Assembly (NCBI GenBank): GCA_963693055.1
Contig: OY843751.1
Coordinates: 4,480,001-4,544,000 of the forward strand
Source of the DNA: a bacterium
GTDB lineage: Bacteria > Zhuqueibacterota > Zhuqueibacteria > Residuimicrobiales > Krinioviventaceae
DNA length: 64,000 nucleotides
Direction of reading: 5' to 3'
Part shown: positions 1 through 9,491 of the stretch, one piece after another
Layout of the letters: each line of letters opens with the position of its first letter
Position numbering within the stretch: the stretch's first letter is position 1
Notes under the pieces: model-generated
The model's database searches: none
Seen by the model: the letters and a program-made list of their open reading frames with translations, nothing else
What the model was told of the DNA's origin: nothing
Program-made: the position numbers and the translations under genes

Positions 1-891
1 CCCATGTCTCGCGCTGCTGTACGTACTATGGATACTGTAACCGAATACGCGCAAAAGAAATTAAATCACAAAACCGACAAATTTGTTGTAGCCGGCGCAT
101 CTAAACGCGGATGGACCACCTGGGCAACAGCCATTGCCGATGATCGCGTTGTCGCCATTGCACCGATTGTAATCGATGTACTCAATGTTGTTCCATCATT
201 CATGCACCACTGGCGCGCATATGGCGCCTGGTCTCCTGCTGTGGATGATTATGTACATGAACACATTATGGAGTGGATGGGCTCTGTGGAATACCAAAAG
301 CTGTTAGATGCGGTTGATCCCTATTCTTATCGCGAACAACTTGATTTGCCCAAGATGATGATTAACGCCTCACAAGATGAATTCTTTTTACCGGATTCAT
401 GGCAATTTTACTGGGATGATCTGGTAGGCGAAAAAAATATCCGTTACGTACCCAATACCGGTCACTCACTGGATGGTACAGATGCAGCCAATACCCTGGT
501 CTCGTTCTTTCACGACATTGTAACCAAAACACCGCGTCCCGTAATGGATTGGAAAGTAGTGGATGGCACAATCCATGCGCAAACCGGCCCCAACTCTAAA
601 CCCATCGCGGTCAAATTGTGGCAGGTATATAATCCCGATGGCCGTGATTTCCGTAATCAGATGACCAACGTAAAATGGACTTCCACTGACATACCAATTG
701 CAGCCGATGGGAAATATGTTGTGAGCGTTGATGCACCTGAAAAAGGCTGGAAAGGTTTTATGGTAGAGTTTGAATTTAAAGGCGAAAAAGTACCTTTAAA
801 ACTGACCTCAGGCATTGTAGTCGTTCCTGACACATACCCATTCTCAGATTATAAACCCGAAAAAGCATTCGGTACCCCGTTAACAAAATAA
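1..891 (+). CDS. PhoPQ-activated pathogenicity-related (PqaA-family) alpha/beta-hydrolase-like protein, 5'-truncated by the window edge
   Basis: Motifs VAGASKRGWTTW, IAPIVID, VDPYSY, DEFFLPD, YVPNTGH. The frame is open back to base 1. Confidence 0.8.
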   Translation, partial: PMSRAAVRTMDTVTEYAQKKLNHKTDKFVVAGASKRGWTTWATAIADDRVVAIAPIVIDVLNVVPSFMHHWRAYGAWSPAVDDYVHEHIMEWMGSVEYQKLLDAVDPYSYREQLDLPKMMINASQDEFFLPDSWQFYWDDLVGEKNIRYVPNTGHSLDGTDAANTLVSFFHDIVTKTPRPVMDWKVVDGTIHAQTGPNSKPIAVKLWQVYNPDGRDFRNQMTNVKWTSTDIPIAADGKYVVSVDAPEKGWKGFMVEFEFKGEKVPLKLTSGIVVVPDTYPFSDYKPEKAFGTPLTK

Positions 892-899
892 GAATCTAT

Positions 900-934
900 G
901 CCCCCGGTTCAGAAATAGTTCCGGGGGCTTTTTT
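900..934 (+). terminator. Intrinsic terminator
   Basis: GCCCCCGG...CCGGGGGC stem followed by T6, just after the stop codon. Confidence 0.75.
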
Positions 935-991
935 AATAATCCATCATTTCATAAAACAACTCGAACTTATTCCCTGTTTTTATAAAACCTG

Positions 992-2419
992 CTATGGCTT
1001 GTATTCCGGATTTAATTCAGTCGGCACAGGTGCTTTTATTTCTTTTCTCCAGTTTAACAACAACTGATGCAGTTCTCTAACTTTATCAGGATTCTTGTTA
1101 ACGAGATTAATTTTCTCACCAATATCCGTTTTCAGATTGTACAATTCAAGACCGCCATCTTCAAAGTACTCGTGCAATTTCCAATCTCCCAATCGTACAA
1201 CCGAGCCGGGACGCGTTCTGAATTTGGGATCACGAGTTTCGCATGGCTCACCCGGTTTAACATAGGCCTGCAAATAGATAGGAAAGTGCCAGAATAACGG
1301 TCGTTTTTCAACACTTCCATTTCCCAGTAAAAGCGGTATCAGACTCACACCATCCAAAATTTTATTTCCCGGAACAGGTACACTTGCTGCCTCTAAAAAG
1401 GTGGGCATAAAATCAATTCCACTAACAGGCTCATCGCAGCGAGTGCCTGGCTTAATTTTCTCAGGCCATTTGATAATCAAGGGTTCACGAATGCCCCCTT
1501 CATAATACGAGCCTTTGCCGGCACGTAAGGGCCATTGCTTACTGGTTGCCCATACACCGCCATTGTCAGAGGTGAACAAAACCAGGGTATCTTTATCCAG
1601 GCCTTCATCCTTTAGCGCTTTCATCACCTGCCCTATTCCCTCATCCATGCTCTTGATCATGGATGCATACACTGCATGATGCTGCGCTTCCGTACCTTTT
1701 TTCGATTCAAAATAAGCCGCATAATCCGCTTTGGCCTGCAAGGGACTGTGGACCGTATAATAGGCAAGATATAGAAAAAAGGGCGCATCTTTGCTGTCTT
1801 GAATAAATCCCACAGCCTCTTTTGTCAAGCGATCGGTAAGATATTCTCCTTCCTGCTCCTGAACACAATTGGGATACTCGTACGGACTGTGATATCCCCG
1901 TCGGCCCGGAGATCCCCAGGGACCTCCAGCAATATTGATATCGAATCCGTTTTGCAAAGGATCATCACTAATGTGCCATTTACCAACTGCACAGGTGCGG
2001 TAACCGTTTGATTTCAATATCTGTGCAATGGTCAAATTATTCTGTCGAATATGCAGTGTGTTCTTGACCGGTATCAGCATACGATCTTTGGATTCACCTC
2101 TTTCGGAAGTCGCAACAGTATAGACATGATGTCTGGGTGTATATTGTCCGGTCATACAGCTAGCCCGGCTGGGAGCACAATTTGCCGCGGGAGCATAAGC
2201 CTGCGTAAACACCATTCCTTCTGAAGCAAGCCGGTCTACATTCGGCGTTTCGTAATAAGTGCTGCCCTGAAATCCCAGATCGGCCCAGCCCAAATCATCG
2301 ATATTGATGTAAATTATATTGGGCTGTTTAGAACTACCGCATCGTAGGCCGGTTACAGCACCGGCAAGCGCCAAAGTTCCAATGGATTTCATAAAAGATC
2401 GTCGGTCCTGTTTTCCCAT
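992..2419 (-). CDS. Tat-exported arylsulfatase-family (S1) sulfatase
   Basis: DRRSFMK Tat motif; PNIIYINIDDLG; formylglycine motif CAPSRASCMTG; GKWH; SDNGG; KGSYYEGGIR. Confidence 0.93.
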   Translation of the reverse strand: MGKQDRRSFMKSIGTLALAGAVTGLRCGSSKQPNIIYINIDDLGWADLGFQGSTYYETPNVDRLASEGMVFTQAYAPAANCAPSRASCMTGQYTPRHHVYTVATSERGESKDRMLIPVKNTLHIRQNNLTIAQILKSNGYRTCAVGKWHISDDPLQNGFDINIAGGPWGSPGRRGYHSPYEYPNCVQEQEGEYLTDRLTKEAVGFIQDSKDAPFFLYLAYYTVHSPLQAKADYAAYFESKKGTEAQHHAVYASMIKSMDEGIGQVMKALKDEGLDKDTLVLFTSDNGGVWATSKQWPLRAGKGSYYEGGIREPLIIKWPEKIKPGTRCDEPVSGIDFMPTFLEAASVPVPGNKILDGVSLIPLLLGNGSVEKRPLFWHFPIYLQAYVKPGEPCETRDPKFRTRPGSVVRLGDWKLHEYFEDGGLELYNLKTDIGEKINLVNKNPDKVRELHQLLLNWRKEIKAPVPTELNPEYKP

Positions 2420-2451
2420 ATACCTTCCTTTTCAATTTTAGCTGATAATTG

Positions 2452-2480
2452 ATTATAAAAAATCTAATGTTCATTGTCAA
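2452..2480 (-). promoter_or_regulatory. Perfect sigma70 promoter for the sulfatase
   Basis: Minus strand TTGACA (2480-2475), 17 bp spacer, TATAAT (2457-2452). Confidence 0.8.
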
Positions 2481-2501
2481 CAAAGAGTATCAGAATTTAT
2501 C

Positions 2502-2530
2502 TTGACATTATCCCTTTCATTCAATATCAT
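2502..2530 (+). promoter_or_regulatory. sigma70 promoter for the deacetylase (divergent)
   Basis: TTGACA, 17 bp spacer, TATCAT. Confidence 0.7.
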
Positions 2531-2560
2531 AATTTATCAGGGCAAACCAGGAGAATTCGT

Positions 2561-3382
2561 ATGAAAAACATCTATACGTTAACCAATCTACTCATTTTAA
2601 TTGGATTTAATATGATCCTTGCGCAATATGAATCAACAGGCATGCAGTCAGAATCATCATATCCCTGGCCGGATGGGAAACGCTGCGCAGTGAGTTTTAC
2701 TTTTGATGACGCGCGACTGAGTCAGATGGACAAGGGCGTTGCATTGCTTGACAAATTTAAGATTAAAGCCACCTTTTACATCTCACCGGAGAATTGCATG
2801 AAACGTATCGATCAATGGAAACAAACTGCCGCTAATGGTCATGAGATTGGTAATCACACTGCAAGCCATCCCTGCTCCGGCAACCTGAAATTTTCCCGTA
2901 ACAATGCGCTTGAAAATTATACCCAGGAAATGATTCATAAAGAATTAACAGATGCAAACGACTTTATTAAAGAACAATTTGGTGTTACCCCCAAAAGCTT
3001 TGCATACCCGTGCGGACAAAAATTTACCGGTGTTGGTTCAGAATGCCAAAGCTATGTCCCCATGATTTCTGAAATGTTTACCAGCGGCAGGGGTTGGCGG
3101 GATGCGCATACAAACAATCCCTACATTTGTGATCTTGCCCGGTTGCTTGCAATGGAATGTGATGGTAAATCCTTTGAGGAGTTGCAATACTTGGTAGAGA
3201 CCGCTAAAAAAGAAGGCACCTGGCTAATTTTTGCAGGCCATGAAATGGATAACGGCGGCAGACAAACCACACAGCTCAGCAGTCTGGAACAGCTATTCCA
3301 ATACTTGAATGAAGAATCGGATAAAGTTTGGGTGGATACGGTTGGTAATATTGCAGATTTTATTCAGGTTCAAAGAAAATAA
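2561..3382 (+). CDS. Secreted polysaccharide deacetylase (CE4/NodB-like)
   Basis: SFTFDD, GHEIGNHTASHP and FAYPCG motifs; AGGAG RBS before ATG 2561; signal-peptide-like N-terminus. Confidence 0.85.
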   Translation: MKNIYTLTNLLILIGFNMILAQYESTGMQSESSYPWPDGKRCAVSFTFDDARLSQMDKGVALLDKFKIKATFYISPENCMKRIDQWKQTAANGHEIGNHTASHPCSGNLKFSRNNALENYTQEMIHKELTDANDFIKEQFGVTPKSFAYPCGQKFTGVGSECQSYVPMISEMFTSGRGWRDAHTNNPYICDLARLLAMECDGKSFEELQYLVETAKKEGTWLIFAGHEMDNGGRQTTQLSSLEQLFQYLNEESDKVWVDTVGNIADFIQVQRK

Positions 3383-3389
3383 TTAATAC

Positions 3390-4649
3390 TCAACCCTGAT
3401 AATCTTTACGATCGATGACTTTGTACAGCTTGTCGTTTCGGCGGACTTTTTCAGACATTTTTAATGTAGGTGCGTCTCCCTTTTGCGCAGATTCTGCCGG
3501 GGCATCATTTACATAGATACTTTCTACAGTCGCTTCTACAATACCGGTTGTGGGACCGGTTATCATTAAAGCGTCGCCAACATTAACATCGCCTGTTTCA
3601 ATCAAAAACTCGGCTACCCCCGCTTTCCTGAAATAGTGTTTCACATACCCCAGATAGACCTTTTGCTGAGTAGCTCGGGAACCGTACGAAGCGCTCCACT
3701 CGTCCCAGTGTCTTCCCATATAATATCCGCCATGCCAGAAACCACGATTAAATACTTTTTCAAGCTGCTGTTCCCATTCAACAGCTTTATCATGGTCAAA
3801 GGTACCCATTTGTACATGAGCAACAGCATCTTTATAAGCTTTGGTAACCCTATAGACATATTCTTCGCGTCTGCCCCGCCCTTCTATCTTGAATACCGAT
3901 GCACCGGTAGCTACAAGCTGGTCTACAAACCGGATTGTGCACAGGTCGCGTGGAGACATGACATACTTGTTGTCAATAACCAGTTCTTCATCTGTGGTCT
4001 CATCAATCACACGATAGCTGCGGCGACAGGTCTGAAAGCAATCCCCACGATTTGCCGAGTGCCCGGTATTGGCAAGGCTCATGTAGCATTTGCCCGATAC
4101 AGAAACACAAAGCGCGCCATGAACAAACAATTCAATCTGGACCAGTTCACCTTTAGGGCCGCGAATCTCTTCCTTTTCGATAGTATTCACAATATGCCTT
4201 ACCTGTTCAACGGTAAGCTCGCGGGCAAGCACCATTACATCGGCAAATTGCGAATAAAAACGTACCTCTGTTACATTGGAAATGTTCAACTGGGTGGATA
4301 AATGTACTTCTATTCCTATTTCTCTGGCGTATTGAATGACTGCAATGTCACTGGCAATAATCGCGGTTACCTCGGCATCCAGAGCGCTTTTACACAGAAA
4401 CCGCATATCGTCCAGCTCGTAATCATAGAGGATGGTATTCAGGGCAAGATAGCTTTTGATATGATGTTTTTTACATATTTCAGTAATTTTGGCAAGATCT
4501 TCAAGTTGAAAGTTTTTTGCAGACCGCGCGCGCATATTCAACTTGCCAACACCAAAATATACAGAATCCGCACCAGCCTTTATCGCAGCCATCAGCGATT
4601 CAAAAGAACCGGCTGGCGCCATAATTTCCACAGATTTATTATCAATCAT
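3390..4649 (-). CDS. U32 family protein (peptidase U32 / Fe-S hydroxylation family)
   Basis: EIMAPAG, GADSVYFG, ELFVHGALCVSVSGKC, NRGDCFQTCRR, KIEGR. Confidence 0.92.
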   Translation of the reverse strand: MIDNKSVEIMAPAGSFESLMAAIKAGADSVYFGVGKLNMRARSAKNFQLEDLAKITEICKKHHIKSYLALNTILYDYELDDMRFLCKSALDAEVTAIIASDIAVIQYAREIGIEVHLSTQLNISNVTEVRFYSQFADVMVLARELTVEQVRHIVNTIEKEEIRGPKGELVQIELFVHGALCVSVSGKCYMSLANTGHSANRGDCFQTCRRSYRVIDETTDEELVIDNKYVMSPRDLCTIRFVDQLVATGASVFKIEGRGRREEYVYRVTKAYKDAVAHVQMGTFDHDKAVEWEQQLEKVFNRGFWHGGYYMGRHWDEWSASYGSRATQQKVYLGYVKHYFRKAGVAEFLIETGDVNVGDALMITGPTTGIVEATVESIYVNDAPAESAQKGDAPTLKMSEKVRRNDKLYKVIDRKDYQG

Positions 4650-4831
4650 TCACTTTTATTGCTTTTGTAAAATTGCATCAACAATTCAGATTCCATAGGA
4701 TTCAGATCAAATTTGGTTATTGCTTCTTCAATCAGTTTCCATTTATCTTGTCCACTGCCTTCTTCCATATTCGCTGAAATCCATTTAACAGCTCTTCGAC
4801 TGTTATCTCCTTTTGGCATAGCATCTGACAT
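4646..4831 (-). CDS. Small conserved-looking hypothetical protein (61 aa)
   Basis: GAAAGGG RBS-like site; ATGA overlap with the U32 gene; helical RRAVKWIS...KLIEEAITKFDLNP pattern. Confidence 0.65.
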   Translation of the reverse strand: MSDAMPKGDNSRRAVKWISANMEEGSGQDKWKLIEEAITKFDLNPMESELLMQFYKSNKSE

Positions 4832-4863
4832 GGTACGCCCTTTCGGTTAATCTAACTGTCAAG

Positions 4864-5898
4864 TTATAAAGATTCTACCAGCTCTTTATATTTATATTCT
4901 TTTTTCAACTTTTCTCGTAATTCTTCTTCTGCGTTATATCTGGCTCTAAATTCTAATGCCTGCTGCAAACGATTTTTCACATCCTCAAAAGATCTTTTTT
5001 CTTTTTTCCTTTCAACCACCTTTATAAAATGGTATCCCTGTTCGGTTTCAAAAACATCACTAAACTCACCAATTGGTGTGCTGAAAGCAACCTCTTTAAA
5101 CTCATCAAGCATAATGCCGCGCGACACGTTCGTATAAAGCCCGCCTTTATCTTTTGAGCGATTATCCTCAGAGTTGTTTTTTATGAGTTCGTCCAAATCT
5201 TCACCGGCTTGAGCGCGTTTCAACAGATCCTGCATTTTAGCATAAATCTCTTTTTTTTCTTCATCTGTTTTGCCAGCGGTTTTCATCAACATTTGGTGAA
5301 ATGTAGCAGTCTTTTCTTTATTATATTCTGCCAAAAGTTCCTCTTCTGTGGGTTGTGGAATTTTTGCATACACATACTGATCAAGAAAATTCTTAATCAT
5401 CAGGCTTTCCTCAACATCCTGAAGAAAAAACGCTTTGGTCATGCCGCGGTAATTCAGGTCTTTATAGAAGGCCTCTTCTGTTCCCATGGATTTATAGTAA
5501 GCAGTCAAGACAGAATCAATTGCGGATTGCTCTACAGTAATCTTTTTGGATTTGGCTGCATTAACAAAAACCTGCTTTTCAGCTAAAAATTTGGCAGTTT
5601 TGATGATAAGGTCATGAACATATTTTACTTCAAGCATATCTGTATTGGTTTCGTAACGTTTCAATTTAGGATAAATAAACGGAATCACCTGACCAGAATA
5701 AATGCTAAATTTTTTGGTTGAAATAATTTCGGTGTTCACATCAGGATCTAACAGAATCGTCTTGTCCTTGATTGAAGACAAGTACTCATACTCTTCCGAA
5801 CCTTTTTCATAGGGCATTGGCGGGGGTGCACTCTTTTTCGAACAGGCACTAAAAGTCATCATGGCTACGAACAATAGAAAAAGAATACGTGATTTCAT
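4864..5898 (-). CDS. Lipoprotein peptidyl-prolyl isomerase (PpiC/parvulin; PrsA/SurA-like)
   Basis: Lipobox FSAC; NSED..SKDKGGLY, FKEVAFSTPIGEFSDVFETEQGYHFIKV; AGGAG RBS before ATG 5898. Confidence 0.85.
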   Translation of the reverse strand: MKSRILFLLFVAMMTFSACSKKSAPPPMPYEKGSEEYEYLSSIKDKTILLDPDVNTEIISTKKFSIYSGQVIPFIYPKLKRYETNTDMLEVKYVHDLIIKTAKFLAEKQVFVNAAKSKKITVEQSAIDSVLTAYYKSMGTEEAFYKDLNYRGMTKAFFLQDVEESLMIKNFLDQYVYAKIPQPTEEELLAEYNKEKTATFHQMLMKTAGKTDEEKKEIYAKMQDLLKRAQAGEDLDELIKNNSEDNRSKDKGGLYTNVSRGIMLDEFKEVAFSTPIGEFSDVFETEQGYHFIKVVERKKEKRSFEDVKNRLQQALEFRARYNAEEELREKLKKEYKYKELVESL

Positions 5899-6026
5899 AA
5901 AAACAACTCCTGTCAAAATTTACAATTTATAAAGGTATAAAAAAATAACAGCAAAGCCTACTTTTTTTTGTACTTTTTAACCACATCAAGCTTTAATCGG
6001 TTCCCATAAAAAAAACATACTGTATA

Positions 6027-6055
6027 TTGACAAATACACTTGAAATACCTAAATT
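6027..6055 (+). promoter_or_regulatory. sigma70 promoter for the GH74-like gene
   Basis: TTGACA, 17 bp spacer, TAAATT. Confidence 0.6.
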
Positions 6056-6110
6056 TAAGCAGATTGAAAGATTAATAGATCATGACTCGCTCATACATGG
6101 GAAAACATGA

Positions 6111-8279
6111 ATGAAAAATATTCAATTGTTACGCATCACCCGTAAAACACTATTCGTACTTTTGATGGCATTCCAGATCAATTCTGTGTCAGCAGCCGTT
6201 TTGCAAAAGATACCCTATACCTGGGACAATGTTGCAATTGGCGGTGGAGGATCAGTTCCTGGAATGATAATACATCCTCAAATCAAAAACCTGGTCTATA
6301 TCCGTACAGATATGGGCAGCATGTATCGCTGGGATGCCCAATCCGCCAAATGGCTCCCCATTTGGCTGTGGCCCTCGCTGGATGAGTGGAACCTCACTTC
6401 TGTAGCCAGCTTTGCTATTGCTCCATCTGACACAACCGGAAATATTATATATGCGGCAGCCGGTAAATATGCGGATAATAATGCAACTCCCAAACTGGGA
6501 GAAATTTACAAATCAACCGACCGGGGAGAAACCTGGAAAGCAACCGGTTTAAAAGCCTATATTGCTTCCAACTGGGACCAACGGTTCGGCGAACGTTTAA
6601 ATATTGACCCCCATAACTCTAACCATGTTTTTTTTGCGTCAAGAATGGACGGACTTTTCAAGAGTGAAAACGGTGGCAAAACATGGAACAAAATCCAGGA
6701 AGCGCCAAACGGTAACAATTACGAAGCCAGTGCGCAAAACCAGCGTGGCCTGACCTTTCTGGTATTTGATTCCCGCTCGGGAGAAAAAGGTCAATGTTGC
6801 AAAATGCTGTATCTTGGTGCATGGCGCAATGGTGTTTACCGAAGTACCGATGGCGGTGTAACCTGGTCCAAGCTGCCTGGCAGCCCTGAACGGTCTTTTA
6901 GAGCCACTATAGATTCAAAAGGAAGATTGTATGTAACGCACCGTTATGGGCTTGCAAAATTTGACGGTGCCAAATGGACAGATATTACACCTCCAGCCTT
7001 TAAAGAAAAACGGTTCGCGGCTGTTGCAGTTGATCCTTCAAATCCTGACCATCTTTTAACCGCTCCCAACGAATGGGCACACAATATGCCTATTTTCCGT
7101 AGCACAGATGGTGGTATAACCTGGACAAAGATTAAACCCAAAGTAGTTAATGATGTGCCCTGGCGACCCAAAGATCACTGGGCATCGGCTGTGTTTACCC
7201 TCGCATTTAATCCACATGATCCCAAAGGTGCCGGCTATTCGGATTGGTATCATTCATGGATGACTCCCGATATCACGGCAGATGTTACAGAATGGTATAC
7301 ATTTGAAAGAGGCCACGAAGCATTAACGCCTATAGCCATGGCATCTCCTTCAGACGGCAATGTAGTGCTTTACACAGGAATTCCTGACATTGGGGGTTTT
7401 GATCACACCTCTGTAACCGAGTTCCCCAAACAAACAATTCGCAGCAAAGGCCTTGAACGTACATCAACAACCAGTATCGATTTTGCAGCCAATGATCCCG
7501 AGTTTGTGGTACGCGCGAATGCCAAAGACTGGGGAAACTTTGGTGAAATTGGTTGTGCATTCACCTACGATGCAGGTGCAACATGGGAAGTAATGCCCAC
7601 CAAACCTTTTGAAGAAGCAACCGGTGGAAGGGTTGCGGTTTCTGCAACCGGTGACCGTGTTGTTTGGATGCCTCAGGAATCCTGCATGTTTTACACCAAA
7701 GACCTTGGTGAAAACTGGCGCGAGACCTATGGCGCACCGGAAAACCTGATAAACCAGTTTACATCTACCCGCCTTCCCCTGGCATCAGACCGTGTATTAA
7801 ATAATGTGTTTTATGTATACGCGAATGGCAAGTTTTATCGCAGTGATAATGGCGCCGAGTTGTGGGAACAGGTTGGCGTTGTAATAGAAGGTGATGATCA
7901 GCACCCCATTCTTCGTGCTGCCCCTTCTATACCGCATGAAGTCTGGATCAGTCTCAACAATGACGGATTATGGCGTTCTAACGATGGCGGTGAAACTTTT
8001 GAAAAAATACCGGGGGTAACTCAATCCATGTTATTTGATTTTGGAAAGAATCCTCCCGGCAAAATGCATCCAACCGTTTATGTATTTGGCAAGATTTATG
8101 ACAGAGAAGGTATTTATCGTTCCGATGATATGGGTAAGAATTGGCACAGAATTGATACATTTCCCAAGCCTGCATTAGGCGCGCAACCCAACACACTATG
8201 TGCGGACCAGCAGGTTTATGGACGTGTTTATATTGGCACTAATGGAACGGGTATTTTCTACGGAGAACCGGTAAAATAA
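6111..8279 (+). CDS. GH74-like (xyloglucanase-family) double beta-propeller glycoside hydrolase
   Basis: YTWDNVAIGGGG start; catalytic-type RTDMGS and PDIGGF; multiple BNR SxDxGxTW boxes; C-terminal GRVYIGTNGTGIFYG. Confidence 0.85.
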   Translation: MKNIQLLRITRKTLFVLLMAFQINSVSAAVLQKIPYTWDNVAIGGGGSVPGMIIHPQIKNLVYIRTDMGSMYRWDAQSAKWLPIWLWPSLDEWNLTSVASFAIAPSDTTGNIIYAAAGKYADNNATPKLGEIYKSTDRGETWKATGLKAYIASNWDQRFGERLNIDPHNSNHVFFASRMDGLFKSENGGKTWNKIQEAPNGNNYEASAQNQRGLTFLVFDSRSGEKGQCCKMLYLGAWRNGVYRSTDGGVTWSKLPGSPERSFRATIDSKGRLYVTHRYGLAKFDGAKWTDITPPAFKEKRFAAVAVDPSNPDHLLTAPNEWAHNMPIFRSTDGGITWTKIKPKVVNDVPWRPKDHWASAVFTLAFNPHDPKGAGYSDWYHSWMTPDITADVTEWYTFERGHEALTPIAMASPSDGNVVLYTGIPDIGGFDHTSVTEFPKQTIRSKGLERTSTTSIDFAANDPEFVVRANAKDWGNFGEIGCAFTYDAGATWEVMPTKPFEEATGGRVAVSATGDRVVWMPQESCMFYTKDLGENWRETYGAPENLINQFTSTRLPLASDRVLNNVFYVYANGKFYRSDNGAELWEQVGVVIEGDDQHPILRAAPSIPHEVWISLNNDGLWRSNDGGETFEKIPGVTQSMLFDFGKNPPGKMHPTVYVFGKIYDREGIYRSDDMGKNWHRIDTFPKPALGAQPNTLCADQQVYGRVYIGTNGTGIFYGEPVK

Positions 8280-8414
8280 CAATTAAAGGATTGCATCAAA
8301 AACAAAACGTTAGGCTAAAATAAATACAAATCAACTGTAAAATCAATAAATTGCAGAAACTATCAATTACCCACTTTTTTAAATAGCATTCCCCTATTAA
8401 AAAAAACATATTTC

Positions 8415-8444
8415 AAAAAAAGGCCTGATCTCTCAGGCCTTTTT
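8415..8444. terminator. Bidirectional intrinsic terminator
   Basis: A7-GGCCTGA-TCTC-TCAGGCC-T5 between convergent genes. Confidence 0.85.
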
Positions 8445-8448
8445 AAAA

Positions 8449-9366
8449 TCATCCCAGTTTTGCCTGGGCATTTGCAATCATTTCATTAAACAGAGCAAGC
8501 TGTTCCTGCATTGCAACAACCCGATCTGCAGGTTCGGTACGGGCTTCTAATAAAAGATAACCTTTATAATCCATGGCAACAAACAGATCCATCAACTGCT
8601 GGTATGGATAATCACCCACGTTCAGTTCACGAATATGCACAGTATCACCGAAATCTTTTTTCAACAGGTTGAAATTATATTCCAAACCCTGTCCTTCAAG
8701 ATCTTGCTCATTACAGTTCCAGCACATGAAAACATTGGGTTGATCAACATGATCAAAAATAGCTCTCATGTTAACAGGTTTTTGAGTCAAACGGCCATGT
8801 ACTTCAACACGGATTTTCTGTCCATAATCAGCAGCGTATTTACCTATAGTATTCAGAGATTTGCCAATTTGTTCAATTGTTTTTTCTGCAGGTACTTCTT
8901 CGGGTAAAAAGTTGGGTTTAACTTTAACACCGGTTGCGCCAATGTCATGACACAATTTGATCAATTCATATGTACCTTCAATATTTTCCTTTAATTTAGC
9001 AGGATCAGGTGAATGATATTCCTGGTTAGAACCATAGCCTACACATACAACCGGGCTGTCAGCAAACCGTTTTTTCACTTCTTCTCTTTCAGCCGCAGAT
9101 AAAGTAGGTTCAACACCATGCGCATGATGTGTACGCAATTCAACAGAAGAAAATTTTGCTGTTTCACAATTTGCAATCAATGTAGGTAAATCCCAATCTT
9201 TACCCCATTGATAGGTTACCAAACCCAACTCCATACCTGCACCCGGTTTAACAATAGTTTTTGTTGAACATGCAGTCATAGAGCCGGCAGCTACCATACC
9301 CAATCCGGCAATTGATGTTTTTGCCAGAAAATCTCTACGTGACAATGAATCCTTTTTATTGATCAT
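8449..9366 (-). CDS. Tat-exported sugar phosphate isomerase/epimerase (xylose-isomerase-like TIM barrel)
   Basis: SRRDFL Tat motif; VELR, RVEVHG, VHIRE, LLLE metal-binding pattern; GGAGG RBS before ATG 9366. Confidence 0.8.
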   Translation of the reverse strand: MINKKDSLSRRDFLAKTSIAGLGMVAAGSMTACSTKTIVKPGAGMELGLVTYQWGKDWDLPTLIANCETAKFSSVELRTHHAHGVEPTLSAAEREEVKKRFADSPVVCVGYGSNQEYHSPDPAKLKENIEGTYELIKLCHDIGATGVKVKPNFLPEEVPAEKTIEQIGKSLNTIGKYAADYGQKIRVEVHGRLTQKPVNMRAIFDHVDQPNVFMCWNCNEQDLEGQGLEYNFNLLKKDFGDTVHIRELNVGDYPYQQLMDLFVAMDYKGYLLLEARTEPADRVVAMQEQLALFNEMIANAQAKLG

Positions 9367-9491
9367 CCTTTCCTCCACAAAAATTTTCAGCCTCTATAAA
9401 AAAAAATTGTATTCAAACACTAAATTAATATACTAAAAAAAATAATAAATGCACCATTTTTTTGAACCGGTTCAGAAAACTACTGGTATTA

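Noticed and set aside
2538-2560. AGGGCAAACC resembling a c-di-GMP-I riboswitch start
   Set aside because: The GAAA-loop P2 and the rest of the aptamer are absent; the sequence runs directly into the RBS.
3636-4670. 221-aa and 122-aa + strand ORFs opposite the U32 gene
   Set aside because: Shadow ORFs with no protein-family features.
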